Made by a program: the position numbers and the translations under genes
DNA from: a virus
IMG/VR virus record: IMGVR_UViG_3300045988_061699
Span: 1 to 41,784 of that record
Length of the DNA: 41,784 bases
Direction: 5' to 3' (one strand)
The notes under the pieces: model-generated
What the model was told of the DNA's origin: nothing
The model's input: only the letters and a program-made list of their open reading frames with translations
Databases searched by the model: none
Part shown: in pieces, positions 8,820 through 18,431 of the stretch
Layout: every line of letters starts with the position of its first letter
How positions within the stretch are numbered: position 1 is the first letter of the stretch

Positions 8820-9398
8820 ATGGGTAAATTTACCGTAATCCCGCAGGATACCTTTTCGGGGCTGCAGCTGGATGCGGGTGTGCTGCTGAAAAAGTTTACT
8901 CCCGCCACGCCCGCTGCACCCGCTGACGAGGACATTATCTGCGCAACCACCGGCGGCATCAACGCCACCTGCGTGCCCACTTACAGCGACCTGGGTGAGG
9001 ACGTGGACAACTGCCCCGTCAACATGAAGGAATTGAAGCACCTGGACAGCTGGGAGTGCAAGCTGTCCTTTACCAGCCTCGGCATGAGTGCAAACGCTAT
9101 CAAGCTGGCTCTGGGTGCTGCAGACATCGGCGACACAACCGCCAGCAAAAAGGACATCGTGACACCCCGGCGTGACCTGAAGCAGACCGATTTTACAGAC
9201 CTGTGGTGGGTAGGCGACCGTGCGGACGGCGGATGCGTGGCAATCCAGATCAAAAATGCGCTGTCTACCGGTGGCTTTAGCCTGCAAACGACCAAAAACG
9301 GCAAGGGTCAGCTCTCTGTGGAGCTGACCGGCCACGTCTCCATTGACGCGCAGGACACCATGCCGATGGTTTTTTACAGCCTTGATGCAAGTGAGTAA
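8820..9398 (+). CDS. major tail protein
   Basis: 192 aa; RBS GAGGTGA. Lies immediately upstream of the chaperone pair and tape measure gene. Confidence 0.7.
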   Translation: MGKFTVIPQDTFSGLQLDAGVLLKKFTPATPAAPADEDIICATTGGINATCVPTYSDLGEDVDNCPVNMKELKHLDSWECKLSFTSLGMSANAIKLALGAADIGDTTASKKDIVTPRRDLKQTDFTDLWWVGDRADGGCVAIQIKNALSTGGFSLQTTKNGKGQLSVELTGHVSIDAQDTMPMVFYSLDASE

Positions 9399-9411
9399 GT
9401 AAGGAGTAGCT

Positions 9412-9786
9412 ATGAGGATTTTTTCGCAGTTGGGCACTGACGAGGCGCTGGACGTGGCGCTGGAGATCACGGAGCCTGTAACTAATATCGTGCAGGACGA
9501 GGCACTTGTGACCGAACTGAAAAAGGTGTTGCCCGCTGGCACACGCAGTGAGGCGGAGGTGATGCGCTTCGGGCTGGCTAAAATTGCCGCGCTTATGCCG
9601 ATTTTGCTCAAAGCCCACCGTGCGGACGTGTACGCCATCCTGTCGCCTTTTAACGGCCTGACGGCGGAAGAAACCGGCAAGCAAAACATCATCACCACCT
9701 GCAACCAGGTGCGCAAGCTGCTGCAAGACAAGGACTTTATGGATTTTTTCGCCTCGTTGCGCAGTGCGGAGGCGCAGAGCGAGTAA
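9412..9786 (+). CDS. tail assembly chaperone (G-like)
   Basis: 124 aa; AAGGAG RBS. Sits between the major tail and tape measure genes and contains a slippery heptamer near its 3-prime end. Confidence 0.75.
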   Translation: MRIFSQLGTDEALDVALEITEPVTNIVQDEALVTELKKVLPAGTRSEAEVMRFGLAKIAALMPILLKAHRADVYAILSPFNGLTAEETGKQNIITTCNQVRKLLQDKDFMDFFASLRSAEAQSE

Positions 9787-10055
9787 TCCCGGCCCTGACA
9801 AAGCTGCCGAAACTGAGGGCACATGCCCTTGTGTCGGCGCTGCCGCACGTGATAAAAGCAGATATGGACGAAATTCTCTTCCGCGTCTACATCACAGACA
9901 CGGCTTTGAGCTTTATCACGGCCATGCAGCAGGGCGGCGAACGCCCCGCCCGCTACTATGATATGATTCACCCCGCGCCGGAAGAAACCCGCACAGCGGA
10001 TGAAATCATTGATAATATGCGCAAAAAACTGCGTGATGCAGGGGAAAAGGGGTGA
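9412..10055 (+). CDS. tail assembly chaperone G-T-like fusion made by -1 programmed frameshift
   Basis: The -1 frame is open from at least 9723 to the TGA at 10053-10055. Slipping at T_TTT_TTC (9744-9750) joins G to the ORF listed as 9831-10055. Confidence 0.65.
9744..9750 (+). promoter_or_regulatory. -1 ribosomal frameshift slippery heptamer T_TTT_TTC
   Basis: In the G frame the codons are ga[t ttt ttc], which matches the X_XXY_YYZ pattern. It lies 34 nt before the G stop. Confidence 0.65.
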
Positions 10056-10059
10056 GAAA

Positions 10060-12504
10060 TTGGACGTATTTAATCTTTGCGCAAAGATTTCGCTGGATTC
10101 AAGCGAGTACGAGAGCCAGCTGAAAAAGGCAAAGACAAACACAAAAAGTGCTGTAAGCGACCTGCAAAATAGTTACACAAAAGGCTTTGAAAAAGTAACC
10201 GGAACGCTGGCAAAAGTAGGTACTGCGATTGCAGGACTGGGAACCGCCGTCGGTGGCTATGCAATCAAGGTGGGCGGCGACTTTGAGGCGGGGATGTCGA
10301 AGGTACAAGCCATTTCCGGCGCTACCGGCGAGGACATGGAGAAACTGTCCGAGTTGGCGAAGCAGATGGGCAAAACTACAAAATTCAGCGCGTCGGAAGC
10401 TGCCGAAGGATACCAATACATGGCTATGGCGGGCTGGAAAACAGAGGATATGCTGGCAGGCTTGCCCGGCATCATGAATTTGGCTGCAGCGTCCGGTGAA
10501 TCGCTTGCCACAACGTCCGACATTGTCACGAATGTGCTAACCGCAATGGGAAAAAGCGCCGAAGATGCGGGCAATTTTGCAAACGTCCTTGCTTCTGCGT
10601 CCAGCAACTCAAACACCAATGTCGCCATGATGGGCGAAACTTTTAAGTACGTCGCCCCCATCGCTGGTGCATTGGGCTTTAACATCGAGGACTTGTCACA
10701 GGCAATCGGCCTAATGGCGAATAGTGGCATTCAGGCGTCGCAGGCAGGCACAAGTTTGCGGAGCATTTTAACCCGCTTGGCATCACCTACAGACGAAGTC
10801 GAAGCCGCAATGGAGAAATACGGAATCACGATTGCCGACAGCGACGGGAAGATGCACAGCTTGTCCGATATCATGCAAAATCTGCGTGAATCGCTTGGCG
10901 GGCTGTCGGAGCAAGAGCAGACTGCGGCTGCATCTGCAATCGGTGGGCAAGAAGCAATGTCTGGCCTGCTGGCTATCGTGAATGCGTCGCAAGAGGACTA
11001 TGACAAGCTTGCCGGGGCTATCGCAAACTCCACCGATGCAGCCGAGAACATGGCGAACACGATGCAAGACAACTTGCAGGGCAAGCTCGTCATTCTCAAA
11101 TCGGCGCTGGAAGGCGTTGGCATTTCGATTTACGAAAAGTTCGAGGAACCGCTAAAAAATGCAGTTGACAAAGTGACAGAAGCGGTAAGTAATTTTGACG
11201 TTGATGCAGCCATTGAAAAAATTCAGCGCGTGCTTGAAATCCTGAAGGCAATTGCTCCTGTGGTTGTGGGCATTGTGAGCGCTCTGGCAACTCTATATGC
11301 ATACTTCAAGGTGCTGAAAGTGATTGCAAAGGTCAAGGGTGTCATCGCTGCCGTTGAGAAGGCGGGTGGCGTTGTAGCCGCACTGGGCGGCCCTGTGGGT
11401 CTTGTGATTGCGGCGATTGTTGCAGTAGTTGCAGCGCTTGCTACACTGTATGCGACGAACGAAAAATTCCGAAACTTCGTAAATAACATGGTTTCGCAGC
11501 TGGTTAGCGCGGTCAAAGCAGCCATTGATGGGATTGTGACGTTTTTCACGCAGACACTCCCTGACGCAATTAACAACGGCGTCGAGTTTTTCAAGTCCAT
11601 ACCCGACCGAATTGCTGAATTTCTGTCAAACGCAATTGCATCCATTGTGCAATGGGGCAGTGACGTAAAGCAAAACGCCATTGACGCAGCAACCGGATTT
11701 GTGGACAACGTGGCCGAATTCTTCTCAAACTTGCCGTACAAAGTCGGTGAGTTTTTAGGCTCCACCATTGCCAAAATTATCATTTGGGCGACAGAAACGG
11801 CCGAAAATGCAAAAGAAGCCGGAGAAAACTTCCTCACCAACGTGGTTGAATTCTTCACGCAGCTGCCTACAAATGTATGGAATTTTTTGACGCAGACGAT
11901 TACAAACGTGATGAATTGGGCATGGCAGATGAAAGAAAATGCCGTTGACGCGGCTTCAAACTTTTTGAATAGCGTGGTTGAATTCTTCACACAGCTGCCC
12001 GGAAAAGCAAAAGAAAAGTTCGATTCAACGATTGAAAAAGTGGTTGCGTGGGCGGTTGAGTTGAAGGAAAAAGGCGAAACCGCGGCGAAAGAACTGGTTG
12101 ACGCTGTGATCACTGGCATGGAAGAGCTGCCGCAAAAAATCTTTGATATGGGCGTGAATGCGGCGAAAAAGCTGGTTGACGGCATCAAGAGCATGGCAAG
12201 CTGGGTAAAAAAGCAGGTGAGTAGCTTTGTGGACGGCATCGTGGACGGCTTTACCGGCACGATGAAGGCCAACGGCAGCCACGCGGGCGGCCTTGACTAC
12301 GTGCCCTACAACAATTACGTCGCGAACCTGCACCGGGGCGAAATGGTGCTGACGGCCCAAGAGGCCGAAAACTACAGGCGCGGCGCTTTCGGTGGCGGTG
12401 GCTTTACCGTGCAGCAGACAATCTATGCGGCAAAGCAAAGCCCCGTTGAACTGGCGGCTTCCACTGCTGCCGCTTTTCAGAGAGCGAGGTGGGCGCTGGC
12501 ATGA
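10060..12504 (+). CDS. tape measure protein
   Basis: About 815 aa from TTG 10060 (MDVFNL..., RBS GGGGAAAAGGGG); ATG 10036 is an alternative start. Has a hydrophobic central segment and internal repeats (NVAEFFSNLP / NVVEFFTQLP / SVVEFFTQLP). Confidence 0.85.
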   Translation: MDVFNLCAKISLDSSEYESQLKKAKTNTKSAVSDLQNSYTKGFEKVTGTLAKVGTAIAGLGTAVGGYAIKVGGDFEAGMSKVQAISGATGEDMEKLSELAKQMGKTTKFSASEAAEGYQYMAMAGWKTEDMLAGLPGIMNLAAASGESLATTSDIVTNVLTAMGKSAEDAGNFANVLASASSNSNTNVAMMGETFKYVAPIAGALGFNIEDLSQAIGLMANSGIQASQAGTSLRSILTRLASPTDEVEAAMEKYGITIADSDGKMHSLSDIMQNLRESLGGLSEQEQTAAASAIGGQEAMSGLLAIVNASQEDYDKLAGAIANSTDAAENMANTMQDNLQGKLVILKSALEGVGISIYEKFEEPLKNAVDKVTEAVSNFDVDAAIEKIQRVLEILKAIAPVVVGIVSALATLYAYFKVLKVIAKVKGVIAAVEKAGGVVAALGGPVGLVIAAIVAVVAALATLYATNEKFRNFVNNMVSQLVSAVKAAIDGIVTFFTQTLPDAINNGVEFFKSIPDRIAEFLSNAIASIVQWGSDVKQNAIDAATGFVDNVAEFFSNLPYKVGEFLGSTIAKIIIWATETAENAKEAGENFLTNVVEFFTQLPTNVWNFLTQTITNVMNWAWQMKENAVDAASNFLNSVVEFFTQLPGKAKEKFDSTIEKVVAWAVELKEKGETAAKELVDAVITGMEELPQKIFDMGVNAAKKLVDGIKSMASWVKKQVSSFVDGIVDGFTGTMKANGSHAGGLDYVPYNNYVANLHRGEMVLTAQEAENYRRGAFGGGGFTVQQTIYAAKQSPVELAASTAAAFQRARWALA

Positions 12505-13355
12505 GCTTTTTGAGCAAAACTTTTCGATATGTCAACGAGCTTGGGCAGGAGATTGTCTTTGACTATGAGCATGGCTATTTAATCAGCCTGCCGTCTGGCG
12601 TGGACACCCTCTCTGTCAACGTCAACACGGCGCAGGGCATCGGGCAAGTGGGCGCGACAGTCCAAAGCAAAAGCATTCAGCCGCGCCCTATCACGATCAA
12701 CGGCAAGGTGGTGGGCGACAACGCGCAGGAGCTTAAAGACGCGCTTGTGACGGTGATTCGCCCGGACTTGTCCGGTACTCTGTACGCCGGAGATTGGCAC
12801 ATTGCGGTGGCCGTCACGGCTTCCCCCACAATCGGGGCGGCCGCCTTTGGAGCGCCTTTTCAGGTGGGCCTCACCGCCCCCTACCCATACTGGGGCAGCG
12901 CAGAAAGCAAGAGTAGCCAGCTGCGCGGAATCGAAAAAAAGTTCCGTTTCCCGTGGAACATGAGCAAAAAATATCAGTTTGGCGCAATCATGGTGCTGCA
13001 ATACATCGTGCTACAGAACTTCGGTCAGTTTGATGTGCCTTACACTCTGACGATCACCTGCCTAGGTGAGACTGCCAAAAATGTGGGCATTGAGAACATG
13101 GAGACGGGCGAATTTTTGCGGCTTGAGAAAACGCTGGTAAAAGATGAGCGCGTGACAATCGAGGTTACACACGACCGCACATATGTGACCTCTAGCGTGG
13201 ACGGAGACTGCCGGGGTGCGCTTACACTCGAGAGCGATCTTTTCCGCATTCACACGGGTGGCAATGCATGGAAGCCTACAGCCGATGAAGGGCTTGCAAA
13301 CGTCGAAATGGCGGTGGAATTTGCCGAAGAAAGCGCGGGTGTAACGGTGGTATGA
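12501..13355 (+). CDS. distal tail protein (Dit-like)
   Basis: Start ATG 12501 forms an ATGA overlap with the tape measure stop. 284 aa, directly after the tape measure gene. Confidence 0.7.
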   Translation: MSFLSKTFRYVNELGQEIVFDYEHGYLISLPSGVDTLSVNVNTAQGIGQVGATVQSKSIQPRPITINGKVVGDNAQELKDALVTVIRPDLSGTLYAGDWHIAVAVTASPTIGAAAFGAPFQVGLTAPYPYWGSAESKSSQLRGIEKKFRFPWNMSKKYQFGAIMVLQYIVLQNFGQFDVPYTLTITCLGETAKNVGIENMETGEFLRLEKTLVKDERVTIEVTHDRTYVTSSVDGDCRGALTLESDLFRIHTGGNAWKPTADEGLANVEMAVEFAEESAGVTVV

Positions 13356-14362
13356 GAATCGAAATCTTTGAGCCGGATTTAAGCAACCGGCACGAGATCA
13401 CCCACGCAATCAGCGTCCAATTTAGCGTCAAATATAACGACGTTGGGAAATTTACGATTGTGTTGCCTATGGACGCATACAACATTTCCATTGCAAAAAA
13501 TGACGCTATTGTGTATCTCGTGGAGCGGAAATTGGCATTTGAAGTGGCTGAAGTGCAATTTGACGATGAAAATAATCAAATCACGCTCAACGGCTTTACG
13601 CTCAACAACCGGCTGAATCGGCGTGTGGCTGCAACGGCGTGCAATGTGACAAATGTTGAAAAAGACATTTACGCGGCTGTAAAGGCAAATCTGCGCGGCT
13701 TGCCCATCCTGACCGCCGCCGAAAAGGGCCTGACTGAGACCACCAGCACAACGACGGTTTACGGCGAAGAGCTGCTTTCCGCTGTGCAGGAAATCCTGTC
13801 GGACGCGGATTTAGGCCAGCGGGCGGGTTTTGACTACAAGGCAAAGACCATCACATGGGAAATCTATAAGGGCGTTGACCGCACAACCGGGTTGAAAGCA
13901 GTCTCTTTTGTCGCAGAGCGCGGCACTGCTGCACAGCTGGTGATAGATCAGGACGTGAGCAGCTACAAAAACGTGTGCTACTGTACGGCGCAGTATGCCG
14001 ACGGGAGCAAGTGTATCGTGACCGCCGGGCAGGAAACCGGCGAAAACCGGCGCGAGCTGTGGGCGGAGTTCAGCGGCGATCCGCAAGGCAAGACGGAGAC
14101 AAATACCGATTTTGCCCGCCGGGTGCAGACGTATGCCGCTTTGCAGCTGGGCAGCCACCGAAACCGGCAGAGCTTTAACCTGAGCGCGGATGCAAGCGAG
14201 CTGGGCGTGGCGTATGATATCGGAGATTTGGTGTGGTGCGTTTCGCAACGGCACAAAGTCAAATTTAAGGCGAGAATCACAGGAATGACTTACGCACAAG
14301 ACCAGCGAAGCACATCAATTGGACTTACAATCGGAGACCCAATTCAAACGGTTATGGGGTGA
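13352..14362 (+). CDS. tail-associated protein (Tal N-terminal-like / siphovirus Gp37-like)
   Basis: 336 aa; ATGA overlap with Dit. Function assigned by position and N-terminus MRIEIFEPDLSNRHEITH... Confidence 0.6.
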   Translation: MRIEIFEPDLSNRHEITHAISVQFSVKYNDVGKFTIVLPMDAYNISIAKNDAIVYLVERKLAFEVAEVQFDDENNQITLNGFTLNNRLNRRVAATACNVTNVEKDIYAAVKANLRGLPILTAAEKGLTETTSTTTVYGEELLSAVQEILSDADLGQRAGFDYKAKTITWEIYKGVDRTTGLKAVSFVAERGTAAQLVIDQDVSSYKNVCYCTAQYADGSKCIVTAGQETGENRRELWAEFSGDPQGKTETNTDFARRVQTYAALQLGSHRNRQSFNLSADASELGVAYDIGDLVWCVSQRHKVKFKARITGMTYAQDQRSTSIGLTIGDPIQTVMG

Positions 14363-14366
14363 TAAC

Positions 14367-16007
14367 TTGGCAGAGATCAAAAATTTCCCGAATAATTCGG
14401 ATGAGTATATCGGCGCGGAGTACGTGATGAAATGGCTGCACGGGCGCACCAGCGGCGTTTTTGGGGCAGAAAACAACCTCGCGGTTACACTGGACAGCGG
14501 CATGACCGTGAAAGTGTCCGACGGCGTGGGCTGGCTGTCCAACAGCGAGGGTGACGGCAGCGTTTTTTGGAACGACACCAAGAACACCACCGGCTCAGAG
14601 CTGAAACTCACGGCCGCAATCGCGAACGCGGTGAACCCTCGCATTGACCGCGTTGTGGTGACGTGGGACACGGTGGACTATGCCGCAAAGCCGCGCATTG
14701 AGCTGCTGCAAGGCACTCCGGCAGCGTCTCCGGCAGCGCCTACACTTACAAACAACACGTTGAAACGCCAGATTTCGCTGGCGCAGATTTATGTTGCGGC
14801 GGCGGCAAGCAAGCTCACCAGCGCCAACATCACCGACGAGCGGCTTGACAAGTCCGTGTGCGGCATCGTGACCGACTGGGTGGCGGTGGACACCACCACC
14901 ATGAACCAGCAATTCGCGGAATATTTGGCGGCAATTCGTAAAGAATTGAGCGACTTGAACGCCGGTACGGCCACAATGCTGAAAGCCACATACGACCCGA
15001 AGGGCCGTGCACAAGACATTTTTGCATATGCGGATTCGCAGGGTGTACACCTGTATCAGCACACCAAAGTCGGCACCGTCCACAAGCTGACCGGCAGCGG
15101 CGCAAGTGGCCGCGTTAAACTGACCGCTAACGTGGCGGCGGGCGATACGGTGCAGGTGAACGGCAAAACTGTGCCCGCCTATGTGGGCGCGGAAACCTTT
15201 GCCGATGCGCTGGCCGGTGAATCCGTCACGGGCCGGTGGCTGACCTTTACGCAGGACGGTACGCAGATAAATTTTAATGGCGGCGGGGGCTTATCCCTCA
15301 CAAAACTCGCCCTCGCCGATGCTGACACCGGAGACGTGATTTCGGGCAAAAAGTTTTATTCCGGCGATAAAACGATTAAAACTGGTTCCATTCTGCCGCG
15401 TAACACCGTCGGGGAAAATGGGGCGGTGGGTGGAAGCGCAAACTGGCCGAGTGTGCCCGTTACGCCCGTGACACGCAACACCCAAGTGAATCAAAACACC
15501 GACGGCGTAAATCGCTTATCTTTGCAGCCCCCCGCCGGGTACTACAACGGGGACAGTTATGTTGGCGAAACATATGCAAATGTTGCAACCGCAATAGGAC
15601 TTACCGCCCCCAAAATCGCCGCTGGCGAAACAGTGCTGGACGTCTCAGGCACGGGCCATGCGGTGGCGATGTTTGCCACCGTTGGAGACAATCGGTGGAG
15701 CGGCGGCTCTCGCAACCGCATGAAACTCGTGTGGACGCAGGGCGGCACCTCCGGCTTCGGCGGCTGGGGCTGCTGGCTCCCAGCAGGCACTTACCGAGTG
15801 TGCGGGGCCATCGCCGGGGTTAAAGGATGCTATATCGCGGACGCTGGCAATTTGGCTACACGGATTTATGGTGCGGAGCGAGAATACACCGGTAGCGTTT
15901 GGGGCGGACAAGGCACGTTTACGCTCAACGGCAGCCAATGGGTGTCCGTTACCAGCGGAAGCACGAGCTACTCTGAGGACGGCGGCGTTTGCATTTATCG
16001 TGTGTGA
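14367..16007 (+). CDS. tail fibre / receptor-binding structural protein
   Basis: Start set at TTG 14367 (LAEIKNFPNNSDEYIGAEYVMKWLHGRTSGVFG, an N-terminus seen in Firmicute phage fibre proteins). C-terminus is Gly-rich. The start is uncertain. Confidence 0.55.
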   Translation: MAEIKNFPNNSDEYIGAEYVMKWLHGRTSGVFGAENNLAVTLDSGMTVKVSDGVGWLSNSEGDGSVFWNDTKNTTGSELKLTAAIANAVNPRIDRVVVTWDTVDYAAKPRIELLQGTPAASPAAPTLTNNTLKRQISLAQIYVAAAASKLTSANITDERLDKSVCGIVTDWVAVDTTTMNQQFAEYLAAIRKELSDLNAGTATMLKATYDPKGRAQDIFAYADSQGVHLYQHTKVGTVHKLTGSGASGRVKLTANVAAGDTVQVNGKTVPAYVGAETFADALAGESVTGRWLTFTQDGTQINFNGGGGLSLTKLALADADTGDVISGKKFYSGDKTIKTGSILPRNTVGENGAVGGSANWPSVPVTPVTRNTQVNQNTDGVNRLSLQPPAGYYNGDSYVGETYANVATAIGLTAPKIAAGETVLDVSGTGHAVAMFATVGDNRWSGGSRNRMKLVWTQGGTSGFGGWGCWLPAGTYRVCGAIAGVKGCYIADAGNLATRIYGAEREYTGSVWGGQGTFTLNGSQWVSVTSGSTSYSEDGGVCIYRV

Positions 16008-16020
16008 AAGGGGTGAAAAC

Positions 16021-18255
16021 ATGATTGATTTACCCGTAACCCTGACCTCAACCGGTGGAGCAGTGAGCTTTGCCTCTCCGGTGACGCTGGGCTACACCAA
16101 AAACAAAGGCGTGTATCGCCTGCTTATCACTGCCGAAGGTGAGTGGGATGGCCTGACAATCCGGTGCTTTTGGCACCTGCCCGGCGGCACCGACCCCGCA
16201 AGCAGCCTTGTGCAAGATGGCGCTGTGGACGTGCCCGCAAGTGTGACCGCACAGCCCGGCACCGGCTGCATCACATTTGAGGGCAGCGACGGCGAAAAGA
16301 CCGTGACAAGTGCTGACTTGCGGTACAAAGTGGGCAGCAACTCCGGCACTGAGGACGGCACCATGCCAGAGCCGGGTACACCTGCATGGGAGCAGCTGGT
16401 GAGTGCGACAAAGGCCAACGCAGACGCGGCAGAGAAAGCGAAGAAAGACGCGGAAACGGCTGCCGAAGCAGCTGAAAATGCCGCCACCAAAGCAGAGGAA
16501 GCCGCAAGCGCCGCCGCAAAATCCGCGCAGAAAGCAGAGGCCGCGCAGAAAGCAACAGAACAGGCCGAAGCCGCTGCGGCTGAATCCATTGCCGGGGCTA
16601 AGAAGGAAGCACTAAGCGCCATCAGCGCGGGCGAACAGGGCGCTTTGGGTGCAGTGCAGCAGGCTCAGGCAACTGCAACGGGAGCCGTGCAGGCCGCTCA
16701 GACAGCGGCAGAATCAGCCGTGAGCACGGCGAAAACCAACGCTGTACAAGAAGTGGAAGCAGCCGCGAAGCCTGCGCAGACCGCTGCGGCCAAAGCAGAG
16801 GAAGCCGCCGAACGTTCCACACAGGCGGGCATTGCGGCAAGTAATGCCGCCGACGATGCAAAACGGTCGGCGGGTATCGCAACGGGCGCGGCGGATGACA
16901 GCGCACTGAACGCAGAAAATGCACAGAAAAGTGCACTGAGCGCACAGCAGAGTGCAGAGAATGCCGCCGCAAGCCAGAGTGCGGCACAGGCAAGCGCGGA
17001 CGCAGCGGAAAAAAGCCAACAGAGTGCGGCAACCGATGCGAAAACCGCGAACGATTCCAAGGTTGCTGCGGCGGGCAGTGCCGATGCGGCGGCAGGTTCG
17101 GCTGTGGCGGCGGAAAATTCTGCAAGCGCTGCGGCGGGAAGTGAACAGGCGGCAGGGGCATCGGAAGTAAAAGCTGCTGAAAGTGAAAAGGCTGCAAAGG
17201 CGAGTGAACAGGCTGCTGCGAAATCCGCACAGGCAGCGCTGGAAAGCAAAACGGCTGCGGCAACCAGCGAGGGAAACGCTGCGGCAAGCGCGAAAAAGGC
17301 ACAGGACGTTGCCGACAGTCTGCCTGTAGATTACACGACAGCAGTGAATGAAATTGCCGCGCTGAAAACCAACAAGGCAGACAAGACCGAGCTGGAAACC
17401 GTGAAACAGCAGGTGGCGAACATCACGCCCGATGACAGCAGCATTGGTGACAAGCCGTGGAGCAGCAAGAACATCGTGGACACCCTGTGCCCGCCGCTGG
17501 AAGAAAGCGGCAACCCGGTGGTGTGCTATCCGGTGGAAAATTATCCGCTGGGCGTGACCGTGAGCTGGGAGCCCACGCAGGAGGGGAGCGGTGAGCCGTC
17601 ATCTGAGAACATCCGGCCTATTAAGGGCAGAAACAGCGTGAGCGTGGAGCTCAATGGGCGAAAGACGATTGGCTTGACGCTACCGTCCACCATCTACGGC
17701 GGGGTAGTGGATGCGGTAACGGGTGATGGCAAAAAAATCTGGAAGTGCGTCACTTTTGACGGCACTGAAGAGTGGCACACGTGGGGAGTCAATGCAAATA
17801 ACCCTGCTGTTACAGGGTTCTACACATACAGCATCAACGATTACGCCACAACAAATACAGCAGGTATATGTAGCCACTTATCCTCTAAAAATGTTGATGT
17901 ATGGGGCGGCAGAAATAGTGGCATTGGATTTTCTACTACAGGCCAAAGTCGCTATTTTATATTTAGCGTGCCCACGGCGACACTGGCTGACGCCTCAGAT
18001 AATTCAGCCGCGATTGCGTCGTTAAAATCCTACCTCGCCGCCCAATACGCAGCAGGAACGCCTGTGCAAGTCTGCTACAAGCTGGCTGAGACTGTGCCTT
18101 TTACCGCCACCGGCGGCGGCGAAATCAAAGCGCTGCGCGGAACGAACACGCTTTTGACCGACGGCGACACGCTGACCGTGACAGGCCGAGAGGACTTAAT
18201 ACACGCCATCAGCGAGTTGAGAGCGGCGCAAACCACAGCCACAAAGGAGGAATAA
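16021..18255 (+). CDS. tail fibre with long Ala/Glu/Gln/Ser-rich helical stalk
   Basis: Start ATG 16021 (RBS AAAGGGGTGA); 744 aa. Has about 300 aa of low-complexity A/E/Q/S/K sequence (about 16400-17320), then a globular C-terminal domain. Confidence 0.6.
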   Translation: MIDLPVTLTSTGGAVSFASPVTLGYTKNKGVYRLLITAEGEWDGLTIRCFWHLPGGTDPASSLVQDGAVDVPASVTAQPGTGCITFEGSDGEKTVTSADLRYKVGSNSGTEDGTMPEPGTPAWEQLVSATKANADAAEKAKKDAETAAEAAENAATKAEEAASAAAKSAQKAEAAQKATEQAEAAAAESIAGAKKEALSAISAGEQGALGAVQQAQATATGAVQAAQTAAESAVSTAKTNAVQEVEAAAKPAQTAAAKAEEAAERSTQAGIAASNAADDAKRSAGIATGAADDSALNAENAQKSALSAQQSAENAAASQSAAQASADAAEKSQQSAATDAKTANDSKVAAAGSADAAAGSAVAAENSASAAAGSEQAAGASEVKAAESEKAAKASEQAAAKSAQAALESKTAAATSEGNAAASAKKAQDVADSLPVDYTTAVNEIAALKTNKADKTELETVKQQVANITPDDSSIGDKPWSSKNIVDTLCPPLEESGNPVVCYPVENYPLGVTVSWEPTQEGSGEPSSENIRPIKGRNSVSVELNGRKTIGLTLPSTIYGGVVDAVTGDGKKIWKCVTFDGTEEWHTWGVNANNPAVTGFYTYSINDYATTNTAGICSHLSSKNVDVWGGRNSGIGFSTTGQSRYFIFSVPTATLADASDNSAAIASLKSYLAAQYAAGTPVQVCYKLAETVPFTATGGGEIKALRGTNTLLTDGDTLTVTGREDLIHAISELRAAQTTATKEE

Positions 18256-18258
18256 AAA

Positions 18259-18426
18259 ATGACTTACGAGCAAAAGCAAGAGGCCATCAAAGCCCTTGTC
18301 TATGGCGGCACGAAAGAGGCCGCCGCCGATGCGGCTGGTGTGCCCGTCGCCGCGCTGGCTGAAATCACACAGGGCGAAATCGACGAGGTGCGGGCCGACC
18401 TGCGGGAAATGGGGTGGCTGGATTGA
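18259..18426 (+). CDS. small hypothetical protein (55 aa)
   Basis: ATG 18259, 3 nt after the fibre stop, with AAGGAGG upstream. MTYEQKQEAIKALVYGGTKEAAADAAGVPVAALAEI... is HTH-like. Not in the ORF track (<60 aa). Confidence 0.45.
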   Translation: MTYEQKQEAIKALVYGGTKEAAADAAGVPVAALAEITQGEIDEVRADLREMGWLD

Positions 18427-18431
18427 GCACA

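Noticed and set aside
16400-17320. Repetitive DNA that might be taken for a CRISPR array or satellite
   Set aside because: The repeats are degenerate GCN-type codon repeats inside one continuous ORF. There is no repeat-spacer periodicity and there are no cas genes.
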